Assembly (NCBI GenBank): GCA_017499595.2
Contig: CM039005.1
Location: 930,001 to 994,000 of the forward strand
DNA length: 64,000 bases
From: Psilocybe cubensis
Lineage: Eukaryota
Reading direction: 5' to 3'
In this document: in pieces, positions 1 through 13,262 of the stretch
Position numbering within the stretch: the stretch's first letter is position 1
Layout of the letters: every line of letters begins with the position of its first letter
Notes under the pieces: model-generated
What the model saw: only the letters and a program-made list of their open reading frames with translations
The model's database searches: none
Told to the model about the DNA's origin: nothing
Program-made: the position numbers and the translations under genes

Positions 1-524
1 ATTATCACCCTTGTTAACGACGCTCGTATCTCGGCTGGCAAAAAGCCTGTCGGTACGTGTCCACCATGATCCCACCACGATGTTTTACCAAAATGCTGAA
101 CCAAAAATCAATAGGCTTCATCAATCCTACAGTAAGTTGTCTTGAAGGCTGAAGGCACGTAGTGCCGGTGACAAAATTATTCTGCAGATATATTCGACTG
201 CTTTTCAGAGTGCGTTCAATGATATAGTGGACGGTACCAATCAGGGATGCAAAGGCTGTAAGAATTTTTGATATGCGTGAAGAGCATGGATTGATTTGTC
301 TATTTTGAAGTGCAAGGAGATCGCGGTGGTGGATTCAATGCGTGAGTTGTTCCTTCTTAGTTAGATGTCCATGTTATTGATCAGTTCCACAGAACGAAAG
401 GATGGGATCCAGCGTCAGGTATGTCACATCGATACCATCCCGTAAGGTGGCTTTTGATTTGAACGTAGGTGTGGGCACTCCAAACCTCGGCAAGCTGATC
501 GAAAGGTGGTTGGCATTGCCGTGA
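1..524 (+). CDS. Tripeptidyl-peptidase / sedolisin (peptidase S53), 3' part only, several small exons
   Basis: Spliced reading gives IITLVNDARISAGKKPVG/FINPT/IYSTAFQSAFNDIVDGTNQGC...GGGFNA/TKGWDPASG/VGTPNLGKLIERWLALP*. This matches the typical S53 C-terminus (LND.R..GK..GF.NP, F.DI..G.N.GC, GWDP.TG.GTPN). GT-AG introns separate the pieces. Confidence 0.87.
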
Positions 525-664
525 ATGTCAACGTTTGAATGGAGGTGTAAATAGACTTTTTACTTGATTTATACATTGAAGTAATTAGTTGGTTGGCGTA
601 TGTGTCACTTTTGAGAACTGCATGTAATTCGTCTGAAGATATGATATTCATCTCGATGAACTGC

Positions 665-1196
665 TTATAGTGCTGGCATCACGCGAACGACCTTTCCTTC
701 ATTTCGAGCGTGGATTTTGAGTTTTTCTAGGAGAGGAGATTTTTCCCAACGCTCAGGAGGCGCTCGCTCGCTCGTGGCCCAATAGTAGATATCCCAATCT
801 GGTTCGTCGAGAAGCTTTTCAATGTATCAGAACAAAACAATTCGTTGTATCTTTGGATATCGAACATACCTTGTCATACTCCATCAACTCGGCTTCAGAC
901 ATTGTGCTCAGATGATCCCTGGCAAATGTACTAAGCAAGAGGTCACTCTCTAGGGTTCCACGTTTTCTGGACTGATAAACAAGACGCGCTCTGAGAGTAT
1001 CCACAGATTCATTAGGTCTCGGTAAAGGTGCTGGAGGCGGAATGTCTGAGGGTGTGGTCGTTGAAGCCAGATGCTGCGGCGTGTGCGGAAGAGGCCATGG
1101 ATCCGCAAATAGACGCGACGTGGAAGATATACACCTTTCCTTGGTGGTTCGCCTTGTGGCGAGAGTGAACCCTGTTCGAGCAAGCTGTCGGAACAT
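665..1196 (-). CDS. SDH5: Succinate dehydrogenase assembly factor 2 (flavinylation factor), mitochondrial
   Basis: MFRQLARTG... is an Arg-rich presequence, followed by [24 protein letters not shown]. After one intron (869-815) the frame continues [14 protein letters not shown]...PAL*. Both are Sdh5/SDHAF2 signatures. Confidence 0.93.
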
Positions 1197-1582
1197 CGTA
1201 ATTGAAAACCTTGGTGGTTGTAGTTCAGAGAGTCTGGGAGAATAGATCAATTCTATTCAAATGACCCAGTTTGTCTGTTATTGTGGTCAAATTTTCTTTC
1301 ATTGGAGCAGAATCCTATCTATATTTGGCAATTGTGGGAATTTGACCCTCTAATTACGCAACGGTGCTTGGCTGCCACTCAATGCTTTCGACTTCATACT
1401 TAGGTCTTTAAAGTCCAACTCATCCATCCTGCTTGATGTTACACAACTCTTCTTAACTGGAGGGAATATACCATCTCACTAACATTATAGAACGCAAAAC
1501 ATCACACAACTTGCTACTGTACATTGCCTCACCTATTTAAACACACTCGGACCCTTTGGACTGCTGAGACCCTGGCATTGTT
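1197..1582. promoter_or_regulatory. Short divergent intergenic region, a likely bidirectional promoter for SDH5 and ATG11
   Basis: 386 bp separate two head-to-head start codons. Confidence 0.5.
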
Positions 1583-4500
1583 ATGATTACGATTTGTCGG
1601 GCGGAGGACGGCCAAGTATTCCAAGTGAGTGAACACCTCTTTATGCGCGATTCAGTTCTCATTAATTGACCAGGTTAACGCGTCTGTTCGTGATATTGAA
1701 GGGTAAGTCTGCATAACTCGTGGCTGCGCGTGTGTTTACTGATCTAAGCCATTCAGAACCGGAAGTCTTGAACAATTCTTGCAACAGGAAACTGGAATCG
1801 AAGCAGATGCAGCGTTAGCTTTTCTGTCTGATGGAAGACGGTTGACTACTGGCAATATTCGTGATTTGAGTAGCGCCCAGGACCAGGTGTGCATCGTGTT
1901 TGATATGACTCTCAATGCGTGTGCTAATCTGATTTGTGCAGTATATTTTTGTGTTCAACCAAGACCTCATTGAATCCAATCTTGAGGATTCACTCAATCG
2001 ACTGATAATCGAACCACCTTTTCAAGCTGCAATTGAAGGTGTGTATCTGCACTTCACACTGTTCGGATTACGGCTCACGAAATGTCAGACTCGACAGCTA
2101 CCCCTCCCATTCGACATGCTGCACTTGCCACGTCTTACGCACGTACTGCACAAATTCATCATGAACACATACAACACATCCTACGTTCGCTCTCGTTGCA
2201 GCATCAAGCACTTCAGATAGCTTCTACAAGTCTTGACTATCACATCCTGCAAATATATGAGACGTTTGATGCTTTCGCGTCCAATGGCAGGAAAGAACTG
2301 GAGAAGCAGGCATCATTGTTGGAAGGGTTAGATGCAGACCTTGATATTTTATCGAAGGTTGGAGTGCACGTAGAGTTCTGTTCAACGGCTGTGAGAATGG
2401 CAATAGAGGCCGGAGAGAAGCCACGGGTACTGACTGATTATGTCTCCAAACTGAAGATGAGACAAGTTGCTGACGGTTGTGCCAAAACTCATGGTGAGTG
2501 CGATCTCTTTCTTTTTATTATGCTTGCTAACTTTGCGCAGAGGACCTCAAGTCTCGTTTTCAGCAGGTAGAAGACGCGGTTAACAAACTTAAACATGGAG
2601 CAGATTCAGTGAGAAACAATTTGGCCAATGCACTGTATGTCTTCGTTTACACTCTGAATTCAAGTTCCTGAATCGATAATGCAATTCAGCCTCTTCGATG
2701 AGGCTAGTACTTGTGCAAGGCGATCAGAAGATCTATTGAATCGGATAACAGACGCCTCTGCTGCCCTGGAAAGTAGGCCCATCACTTCCTCGAAGGATAC
2801 GAGATATTAACCAACTCCAGGCCCTGCTTCTGACACGGACTCTTTGCTCCAAGGTACCCACTTTCTCTTTCAAATACATTTATGATACCCAATATACTAT
2901 CTAGATCTCCGGCATCTTGACAGCTCCCATCGACTCGAACTGCAAGAAATCACTCACAAGAAGGTACTCTTCTCCGTTGCCCAAATCATACGCTCACTGA
3001 TCGGATTCAGAATTTGTATACCCGACAATGTTTGACAGTACTCCGACATATTGCTGCACTGAACAACGACATTGTAAATGTTCCTCCAGCTCTGGCCGCG
3101 CTGGTTGTCAGCTTTCGCGGAAAAACAAGCTTCTCTCATATTCAGAGGCTTCATAACATGCTATATGCTTATGGCGCTACAGTCATAGAAATTGTTCGTA
3201 GAAAAGAATTTTGTGAGAAACGTTTCATCATACCTAAGGATGCCCATGCTAAGCCTTCGAATAGCAAGGTTTTTCTTTCAACGAGCTCAAAGCATACTGG
3301 AAGTTATGGCAAAGGTTTCGTGAGTGTTTATATACGCGCGGTTTGACTTGTGTCTTACCCCCTTTCCAGAGCAAACGAACGAAAACGCCGGCAAGTTTAC
3401 CGAGGGGAAGTCCACGGTCAACTCCCATTTGAGACCAAAGGCCTAGATGATCCAGTACCGACGATCGATTTTACGCCGTCAGGAGGAACCGATTTTGTCT
3501 ACTCATTTGAAAGAGCTGACGTAGATAGTGAGTGTCCCGCAGTGTTTTCTTTTTTTTTCGATTTCTTTCCCCAAAGTTCATGCCCTTTCATGCCCCGTTC
3601 CCGGATGACCGGGATTAATTGACCTTTGGAGTCATTTCAAATCTACCCCTATCGGCTTATTTTTCTCCCATATTATCTTCTTTTATCGAAGTTACTCATT
3701 GCGTAATTTGTATACAGATTTGATTCGAGTCTTGGATGACCTGGAGCAATACTCTCGCGCAAGTCAGAACTCGGTCGCTCTCAAAGCCGTTCGAGAGTGT
3801 CGATTCGCGTTGGAGAAACTTATTGGAAAGATGGATAATTTAGAACTGGGTTTCGATAAGATTGCTGAACGCTCACGTGAGTTTTCGTTGATACATCAGT
3901 ACTGAAGCCATCTAATTTGAAAATTAAACTTCATAGTACTTTCGCGTTCTCATATTTCACAATCCCGTAGACGGTGTACGTTCATACATGCAACACCTAT
4001 ATTCATAATCTAGACGACTTATTGTGTTATAGCGACAGAAATTGAGGAGCAAGCGATTCAAGAGCTTGCAGATGAACTCCGTACCACCCAGGAAGCGAAA
4101 GCGTTGCAGGAGCAAACCTTCAATGAAGACAAATTGGCGCTGCAAGCCGAGATCCGTCGTCTCAGCGCTAAATGCTTGGAGAGTGATGCATCCCTTTCTC
4201 TGGAGCAAGAGCGATCGGCGAGATTAGAGCGCGAGTTGCAACAGGTACGCGGCCAGATGGAAAGTGAAGCCGTGGCCCGACGGATTCTGGAACAACGGAA
4301 TGCTGAACTTGACGCCGACATTTCCAAGCAGCGAACTGAGATTGCGGATGCGTTGGCCGATGCTACGGAGCAAACCCGACAGGCTGAGATGCTGCGACAG
4401 GAGCTGGCGCAGGTCCAAGAAGAAGTAGAAGAGGTCAAGCAGTTGGAGAAGCGGAATGCCGACACCGTTGCAAGGCTGATGGAAGAGCAGACGAAGAACT

Positions 4501-6726
4501 TGCGCAACTTAGAGGAAGCAAGGGCTCGTGGGGAGGATTTGGAACTTCAGATTCAGACCGTACGCTCTGAGAGTGATCAGTTACACCAAGCACTGAGGAA
4601 GGCCAGCCAGGAGAAAGATAAACTTCTGAGGGACCAGGCTTCCGAACACGAAATGCGCCTGCGCGATCACAAAGCTGAAGCAGACGGCGACCGGGCTGTT
4701 TTAGACCGCCAGTTTTCTGAGTTGCAAGCTGTTCTGGAACACAAGGAGCGGCAGCTCAAGGACGTTCGCGGAGACCTCGAAGTCGCTAACGCTGATGCTG
4801 TCGGCCTTCGTCAGGAGTTGCAACGCGTGGAGCATGAACTGCGAGATGCCCGTGAACTTATACGCGTACATCGCGAAGACCTCAAGGCTGGTCAAGCTTC
4901 TCAGCATGAGTATGAACAGAGGATTGAGAACAGCAATCGTCTTATTGCTCAGATACTCGACGTCGCTATTACGTTCAGGAACACTCACGTCAAGGCTTTG
5001 CATATAGCTCAGTCTATTTCTTCACATCCTAGCTCGACTCGTCACACGTCTGCCAACCTAGCAGAGTCCGCTTTCTCTATGACTGGCTTCCGCCATAACG
5101 TTATTGGGCAACCTGATGAACCTTCTCCCATCGACCCGTCGGATCCAAACACTGCACTGGAAACGCTGCGTGAATTTGATCATGACCACTTTTTGGAGGC
5201 AGTAACGAAGACGGGCACCATCATCCGCAAGTGGCAAAAACAGTGCAAGGAATACAGAGAGAGAGCGAAGGGTAAGATCTCGTTTAGGAATTTCGCCAAA
5301 GGGGATCTAGCATTGTTTCTGCCAACACGGAACTCGGTCAGTAAACCTTGGGCGGCATTCAATGGTGGGTTTTTTTCTATTCTGGTTGCTTTCCAAGAAG
5401 TCTTCATTATGCCCCGGCGACAAGATCCGAGGATTGTCCTTGCCTGTCATGTTAATTGATCATTGATGAATTTGCCTTTGTTATGCACAGTGTCATTCCC
5501 GCATTACTTTTTGCAGGCAACGGGGCATCTCGCTGAACAACTCAAGACGCGAGAATGGATTGTGGCTAGAATTACATCTATTACAGAACGTATAGTGGAT
5601 CAAAAGGTGCGTTCCTCGACAGAGATGCGACTTTCTTCCGTGTTCCTGAACAAGTGGGTTGTCTGTGTAACATGACCAGGATCCGTCCAGCAACCCATAC
5701 GGATTAGGTGATGGCGTCAAATATTATATGCTTGAAGTTGAAGACTGGACGCAACCAACCAACAACAAACGGCGGCTATCGTCAAGAAAAATATCTGGCG
5801 CCGACAATGAAACGAAAGAAGTCTTTCCAACTGGGGCAGTCAGTAAATTAAGTCCCTCTGCGCTTCCTCCTGGTCCGCCTGAAGCTGAAGTTGAGGAAAC
5901 ATTCTTGGTCACGCATCCCCCTAATTCGCACCTGTTTCCGGTAAGAGGTCGATCCAACAGCTCACCAACGGCGCGTCCGTCATCATTGTCGCGTCTCCTT
6001 GCCCAAGCCTCTCCGGCTCCGGAAACCTCAATTGAAACATCTGCAGGCCCCGATCCCGAAATTAAAAGTCCTTCCCCTCATGCCTCACCACCGCCTGCAT
6101 CGTCTCCTCAGATTGCTGTTTCGGTTCCTCAAAGTGTCAATGTCAATAGTAATCATTCTTCGATGCCATCTCCCCTGCGTCCTGGTTCGCGTGCGTCTCG
6201 GCTTTCTACTACATCACGGTTTTCTGTGGGTCGAGGAGTCCCGGTCCTAAGCACAGGCGGATCGATGCAATCGAAGGCTGCTCCTACCACTGCGCTGAGT
6301 GAGCAGCCGATGGCATCTTCACCCTCCTCCTCTGCGGAGAATCCGTTCATGTCTCCCACGACACCTTCACCCGAGGAATCCATTTCTGATGCCCTCAAGA
6401 ACATCGTCACTCTGCCTAACAAAACCACCAGACCGAGAACGACATCTTATCAAACCTCGCGTCCGTCTCCACTAGCAGCAACCACCTCACAGGCGACTGT
6501 TGTTCCCTCCAGGCCGTCTCTCGCGGCCGCGGTTACAACAAATCCGCTGACATCTCTCGCCAACAGTTGGGGTATGTCATTTGGACGAAAGAAGAAGACA
6601 GATACGGGGAATCTGACCCCTACAGCTGAATCGTCCAACGATGGGGCAGAGCGCGAGAGTGAACCAACTATATCTGATAATCCGAACACATCGCATAGTG
6701 CACGAGAGATGCTCAAACGGTTCTGA
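1583..6726 (+). CDS. ATG11: Autophagy-related protein 11 (Atg11/FIP200 family), multi-exon
   Basis: Starts MITICRAEDGQVFQ followed by a GT donor. It has an Atg17-like N-terminal region, a long coiled coil (4104-5000) and the Atg11 C-terminal domain AKGKISFRNFAKGDLALFLPTRN...WAAFNVSFPHYFL...EWIVARITSITER...NPYGLGDGVKYYMLE, then a Ser/Pro-rich tail to TGA at 6726. Confidence 0.92.
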
Positions 6727-7278
6727 ATATAGCTCTTGTGTCTCTTTTCGACTCTATCTTTTTTCATTGTTCCTTCTCAAGGTACCTGTGCGATCTGTTC
6801 TATTATTGCATGGAATGTAATTATAAGTTATGATAAACACGTAGAAGAAGAAACGCCCGATCTATGCAATTTTGCAATGTACATATTCTCAAATAAGCTT
6901 CTGTCTCTCATCCATGTCTGGGGAAAACCAATGTGGGGAAAGTTTTCGTGGCAGGTGTGAGACAAGGTCACGACAAACTTGTCGCATCCCATCTATGCTC
7001 TCCTCTACTGAGCTCGTACGACACGTCTCCGTCAATTATGATGCGAAAGAGATATCACAGGTCTCTATACTCCGCTATGTCGAAATCATTGAAACACTAC
7101 CTCATTCAAGTGCGTTCAACGCCGGAGATTTGTCGGGTGGGGGTGCTATTTCGGGGTCTAGTCTTTTGAAATTTACAGTCGGGGCAATTACATTTTATGC
7201 AGGGTTGCCCCCAGATGGAGTCTTGGTTGGCTGTTGAATCGGCTATCAGCCACCCACCCAACTGGCCGCCTCCAGAAT

Positions 7279-7716
7279 GCGGAGAAATGTCGTAGAAATT
7301 AGATGGAAAACGGGCGGGGAGAGGTGGGGAGAGGTAGGGGCCGGTTGGGGGATGGGGGACTGCGGGGGCATAGGGGTCGAGGAAAAACGCTGTCCCATAT
7401 TGTGGCTTGGATTGGATTTCAACTGAAAGCTGTGGGGAAGATGGCTCAAGCTGCTTATTTTTATTAGCCAACCAACAAGCCCATCGAGATTCACATCAGA
7501 CGCGTTTTTTCAGACCGTGGGAACCGGCCAATAGCCTAAAATGGAAGTATGATCGGCAATAAGCGCTTCACTGGGCAAACACATGCGGGGTTGACGTCCA
7601 AGCAAACCCAAGAAGGTTGCAAAATCGGCGGTGTACCTCTGGAGAAATTCGGTCATCTGGGGCATAGACCATACCGACCAGTTCCACACTCGAATAGAGC
7701 CATGATGTTATAAATA
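7279..7716 (+). promoter_or_regulatory. Promoter of the sugar transporter, with clustered SYGGRG (Cre1/CreA-type) motifs, a G-run tract and a TATA box
   Basis: About eight GCGGGG/GTGGGG/GCGGAG/CTGGAG/CTGGGG hexamers lie in 7279-7662. TATAAATA is at 7709-7716, followed by a CT-rich leader. Confidence 0.4.
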
Positions 7717-7787
7717 CCGTCGTATCTCTGCTCTAGTTTTCCCATCCACCTTCTCCTCCTCACACTTAGCCAGTACATTCGCTTACC

Positions 7788-9734
7788 ATGGGTGCAGGAG
7801 CTGTTGCGAACTCGGGAACTACGGCTGCTTACAGCCATCTCGTCGATCCTAACAGGACGTGGCGTAATAACAAGCGGTATGTCTCTCAGTTCCTAACGTA
7901 TTTTGTTGTTTTCAACTCATCTCCTGTCTAGGTTGATCTATCTCAACCTTTGGATTCTGCTTCTGTAAGCTTCATTTTGTTGCTCAGCTTGGTCCGATAC
8001 TTACCATGTCTCCTTTAGTCTCATTACATCGTCAACAAACGGTTATGATGGAAGTATGATGAACGGGTTGCAGTCCTTGACCCAATGGGCTGAATACTTT
8101 GGTCACCCTTCTGGCGGAAAGCTTGGTCTGCTCAACGCCATCCAAGTGAGTAACTGATGTGTTTACGGAGGCCTATCGTTCTGATTTATTGTCTGTAGAA
8201 CATCGGTTCTCTTGCCGCTTACCCCTTCTCCCCATACCTCGCCGATGGCCTTGGTCGTCGCAGTGCCATCTTCGTGGGTGCTTTCATTATGTGTGCCGCC
8301 ACTGTCCTTCAGACCGCTTCTCAATCCGTCGGCATGTTCATCGGTGCCCGGTATGTGTCCCTCGATCATACCCTGAAAACTTCAATGGCTTACAATTTAC
8401 CCTTAGCTTCCTGATTGGTTTCGGTCTTACCTTCGCTGCCGGTGCTGCCCCTATGTTGGTTACTGAGGTCTCCTATCCCGTATACCGTGGACAATTGACT
8501 TCCACCTACAACTCCCTCTGGTATTCAGGTGCCATTGTGTACGTCTATTTTTATCCATGGGCGCTTTAGAAAATTAATAATCTTGGCCAATGCAGCGCTG
8601 CCTGGACATGCTTCGGCTCCTTCAAAATTAACAGCACCTGGGCCTGGCGTCTTCCCTCTGCTCTTCAGGGACTGCCTTCTATCCTCCAAGTTGCCCTGAT
8701 CTGGTTCGTGCCCGAGTCGCCTCGTTGGTTGATCAAGAAGGGTCGCAATGAGCAAGCCCTCAAGACTTTGGCTTACTACCACGCCGACGGCAATGAGGAC
8801 GACGCACTTGTTCAGTACGAATTCCAGGAAATCAAGGCCGCCATCGAGCTCGACCGTGAAGTCGAATCCACCATCGGCTGGAAGACTCTCTTCGCGACCC
8901 CCGGAAACAGGAGACGCATGAGGATCATCATCGCCCTTGCCTTCTTCTCTCAATGGTCTGGCAACGGTCTCGTCTCTTACTACTTGAACAAGGTCTTCAT
9001 CACCATCGGCATCACCAACCCCACTATCCAGCTCCTCATCAACGGTATCCTTCAAATCTGGAACTTGGCCTGGGCCCTCCTCGCATCCGCCTTCGTCGAC
9101 AAGGTCGGACGTCGCCTCCTTTTCTTGACCTCCACCGCCGGCATGATCATCTTCTTCGCCATGCAGACCGCCTGCTCTGCCGTCTACGCCAACACCAAGA
9201 ACGAATCCGCCGCGCATGCTGTCATTGCATTCATCTTCCTCTACTATGCTGCATACGACATCGCCTTCAGCCCTCTCATCGTCTCTTACACCGTTGAGAT
9301 TCTCCCATACAACATTCGTGCCAAGGGATTCACCGTGTTCAACTTTGCCATCTCCTTGTCGCTTATCTTCAACCAATACGTCAACCCTGTTGCTCTCGGT
9401 ATGTCTCCCCTTTCTAACGGCACCTAAAACATATCCTAACATATTATAATAGACAAGCTCCAGTGGAAGTACTACCTCTTCTACGTTGCCTGGCTCTGCT
9501 TCGAATTCGTGTTCCTCTGGTTCTGTACGTGCACTTTACTCTTCTCTTCGGGAGCCTTTCCTAATTCTATCCTTTTGTTCTTCAGTCCTCATCGAGACCA
9601 AGAACCGCACTCTCGAGGAAACCGCTGCTCTCTTCGATGGCGAGGAGGCTGCCGAGAAACTTGCTCAAGCCGCTCACCAAAACCAATACAAAGACGAGAA
9701 GTCTTCCATCCAGGAGGACGAGCTCAAAGCCTAA
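7788..9734 (+). CDS. MFS sugar porter, lactose permease / cellodextrin transporter-like
   Basis: Motifs ITSSTNGYDGSMMNGLQSL, DGLGRR, APMLVTEVSYPVYRG, WAWRLP, PESPRWL, FFSQWSGNGLVSYY, VDKVGRR and ETKNRTLEE. Multiple GT-AG introns and strong C-ending codon bias. Confidence 0.93.
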
Positions 9735-12584
9735 TTGTTCTTTGTATTCATTTCATCGACGCATCGATAGACTTATCGCTGACTAGAGCGAAACTCTTAC
9801 TCGAGCTGTATTTTAATGATTTCCGATTTTTATTATTTTGATGTTTGTGATGCTTTATGAAGGATGGGTTCTCAGTTCAATTGCGATTACCTTTCTCTTC
9901 TACGATTTGTTTTTCCTTATCGCATCCATCCTTTTGGATATGGGTTTGTACTTGTACTATTATCTACCCCCCAATCATGTCACGTCGTATACTATCAAGA
10001 CACTGCATTTCCACGACCCATTTCTGTGTGTTACCTCTGAGTTGTTTTTTGGCATTGCTGGGTTTTCATTTCGCTACACATACGGTATCTCGGCTGCCTA
10101 ATTATTGTTGCAGCTTGCTTCGGATCTTCTGACATTCATGACACGGAAATGCGGAGGCAATTTACCACCATCTGAAGAGGTTCTCATTGCATTGGTATGT
10201 TCTATAATATGGCTCCCAATCCACATGCTCACATGCGCGGGAAAGGTTCCGTGAAACGGTCCGTCCTGTACGTTAGAATGTACATTAACATGTCTATGTA
10301 CATATGTCCTTGTACAGTTTGCTCACTGATTTCGGTACTTGTGCGCACTATTTCAATTGCTCGCACATTACATCTGTCACCTGCCTTGTAAAGCAATCTT
10401 CGATATGCGTCTATTTTGATCATGATATACTGAATTCAATTCCAAGACAAAGTGGTTCGAGGGGTGCACATAGTCTGCTGTTCGATGGAGACCCTCGAGA
10501 TCCAATCCCTTTGCCAAGCTGTCAAAATGGACATTCGAGTGCAAAAACGCTGTTTCTTCGGTGTGTTACCCTTGATTTTTTCTGCGTTCTCCAAACCTGT
10601 GGTTTGAACAGATTTGAATGCATTTTAAACTTCCGGGTCCGGCGATCACATCCCACCATGTGCTGCTGCGGCTCTTACACTCTGTTCCCCCTATTAAAAG
10701 CAATAGACGCATTTAGTATGTATATCTCGAATCAGAGAGACAAAATCCACGGTTAAGCGTGTTTATTTTCATCTGTGGTCATCTGTGGTCACCTTCATGA
10801 ATCGTGTATGTATGACGTGCTATGATAGAACTCATGATGCACAGAGAAACGGGCCATTAGTAGAACCCTGCATTCGTTCTCATGCTGGAAATATTGCACA
10901 AGCAGATTCTGGCCACGTAGTATAAAATTGTAAGTAACGAGCCCACATGTTAAAGTCCGGCAGGATAAAGATCATACCCAAAGGAAACGCCCCTCTTGAT
11001 CCTGTAACGGACTTGGACGGCCATCTAAAGGTGCCATATTAGACTCTATTGCCTGTGTACACAACGGATAAATGGATCACGCACCCATGTCTTTCCATTT
11101 GCTCGTGATGTACATAGTATGCGCTCGCCTTTCCCCAAAACCCGAGGATGAATATGGGAAGAAATCTCTGTCAATGGATAAGATAACAGCCTGAGCAATG
11201 CGATGAGAACGGCCACCTCCCTTGGGTTATACAGAGGACTGATAACTCTTCCTCACCTGAGATACCCTCGCACCACCGTGACAGTTCTTCGAGGCAATAT
11301 ATAGTGCTATAATTGAGGAAAGGTCACTCACACTAATCCGTAAAGGAAGCAGAGCTGGTTTGCAATACGTTTAAGATCTAGTGCTTGATGAGCAAAGCGG
11401 GAGCAGTTGTGTAAAATTATCAGCTTCGCGGCAGTCCAACTACGCTTAAATGAAGATAAATGACCGAAGGGGCAGAACCCCGTACCTGGTTATTCTTACA
11501 GTAGCATTTCAATTTCAGACCGATACTGAGGTGCCTGTCTCTGTCGCAAATTAGCTAGAGGAAACCGCTAAGAAAACAAGAGGGGAAACTTTACTGGATG
11601 GTTTGCAGCCATGTTTCATCTATGGAGTCATACTACAGGCGCGAAATAGCGATGGGATTGATATTTCAACTGAGAAGGCAGGAGTGAGAGTACATCATCA
11701 AAAATATCTCGCAAATGACAATGCATATCCAGCCTTCATTGATATAGCAAGCGCAATCGGGGCGGGATTCGGATTCGGTAGCACAGTGAGATGGAATCTG
11801 GGAAGTAACATTGCATTCTATTGTTAATGGCGAGCACATGCAAAAACTTGGTACGTCTGGAGCCAGGTGTCCATCGCATTTGAGTGTTACTGATACGACG
11901 ACTTGAACGGAACCATCAAACAGAGGCTGCCTGCTTTGTATGTCCTTATTGCCAGGAGCAAGACTCGAAAAGGCAAAAAGCATCAATTAACACCTGTATA
12001 AAAGCTCGGGTTGTTGATCTACGCCTTCAAAGGAGTGTCATCCTGAGGATGAACGTTCTGCCACTGCAATCCGGGAGTGGGCAGGGAATGGAATGCCACC
12101 CTGAGTCTGACAGGCTGAAGCATGCTCTAAGACGGCCATCGTGGGACTGAGATCCAGCAGTGTGAGTGTCCATTTTCAAGAGACGGCGTCGATGTTTGTA
12201 TATCGACGGATGGTTAACGTTTTAACGTTGGCAGGATCGAGGAAAAGTTGGTAAGAGGCAGGTTGGTCTTGGCACTTTGTTGGCCGGTTCCAACTTTCCT
12301 GGTTAAATTTCACACGATCCCAAGTTTGAATGACTTCAAGTTCTAAACGAAACGGTGACTCTGCAGCAACTTGACTCTCCCCTCAAGAACTCCCGTACAT
12401 GAACCACGTCGAACTTCCAGATAAAAAAGTGGTAGAACCATGCAAACGACTGACATGAACGAGACTTGACCCGTTTTCAAGACTGTCATCGACTAGACAA
12501 CGACTTGCCCACTCAGTAGTAACCATACTGGCAATGAAAATGTCCGATATTTGACACCGTACTCACTGTCTATTGACCTGTAAC

Positions 12585-13129
12585 AGGACCCGGGAAGCTC
12601 CCGTACAGGCATGTCCGCATTTTCGCGGATTTGAGGCCAAAAAATGGCAATTTCTTTGTCCAGTTCTCGCGGATTTGATGGCGCCGCAGGCAAAATTTTG
12701 GCCAAACAAAGTCCGGTTTGGCGGATTTGAGGCCCATATTTTAAAAAAACTTCTGGAGTAATTGTTCAAAGGCGGCATGTCGCAACCATTTTTTCCTAGA
12801 TGCAGCTAATTGTTGGCCAAATTTGGGGCCGGGATCCCGCTTAGATTGCAATGATTGGCCAGCGTCTATTATCTAAGAGCGGTAGACGATGGAAATCAAC
12901 GGAAACGTACAGTAGTAAATCGAAGCAAGGTTACATTTCCTATGTAATTGGTGAAACTTGAAGACGTCTTTTCTGCTACCCCGACATATTTCTTCACTAT
13001 CCTGATAACTGGAAAGCCCCTATCGGGCATTGTCCGGTTTCGCGGATTTGAGCCCCAAAATCTCGCGGATTTGAGGGCAAAAATTGGGATCCCAGGCGGA
13101 CATGCTTATAGGGGAGCTTCCCGGGTCCT
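12585..13129. mobile_element. Non-autonomous DNA transposon (MITE), 545 bp, 34-bp TIRs, 8-bp TSD
   Basis: Left TIR AGGACCCGGGAAGCTCCCGTACAGGCATGTCCGC versus right TIR (reverse complement) AGGACCCGGGAAGCTCCCCTATAAGCATGTCCGC: 3 mismatches, first 18 nt perfect. CCTGTAAC flanks both ends (12577-12584 and 13130-13137). Five GCGGATTTGA subterminal repeats. No transposase ORF. Confidence 0.88.
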
Positions 13130-13262
13130 CCTGTAACGGAGAATAAAAGGATAGTCTCTTAGAAGATATGATAAAAGTCTATGATGTATTCGGCATCTCA
13201 TTAGGCTAAATTTTTAATTCTATTCTTTGTGAATCCTCTAAAATGCCCAAGGTGCAAAACCA

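Noticed and set aside
8525-9442. 305-aa minus-strand ORF
   Set aside because: Antisense shadow caused by the strong codon bias of the sugar transporter.
12620-13080. Spaced GCGGATTTGA repeats as a CRISPR-like array
   Set aside because: Eukaryotic DNA, repeats too short, irregular spacing. Explained as MITE subterminal repeats.
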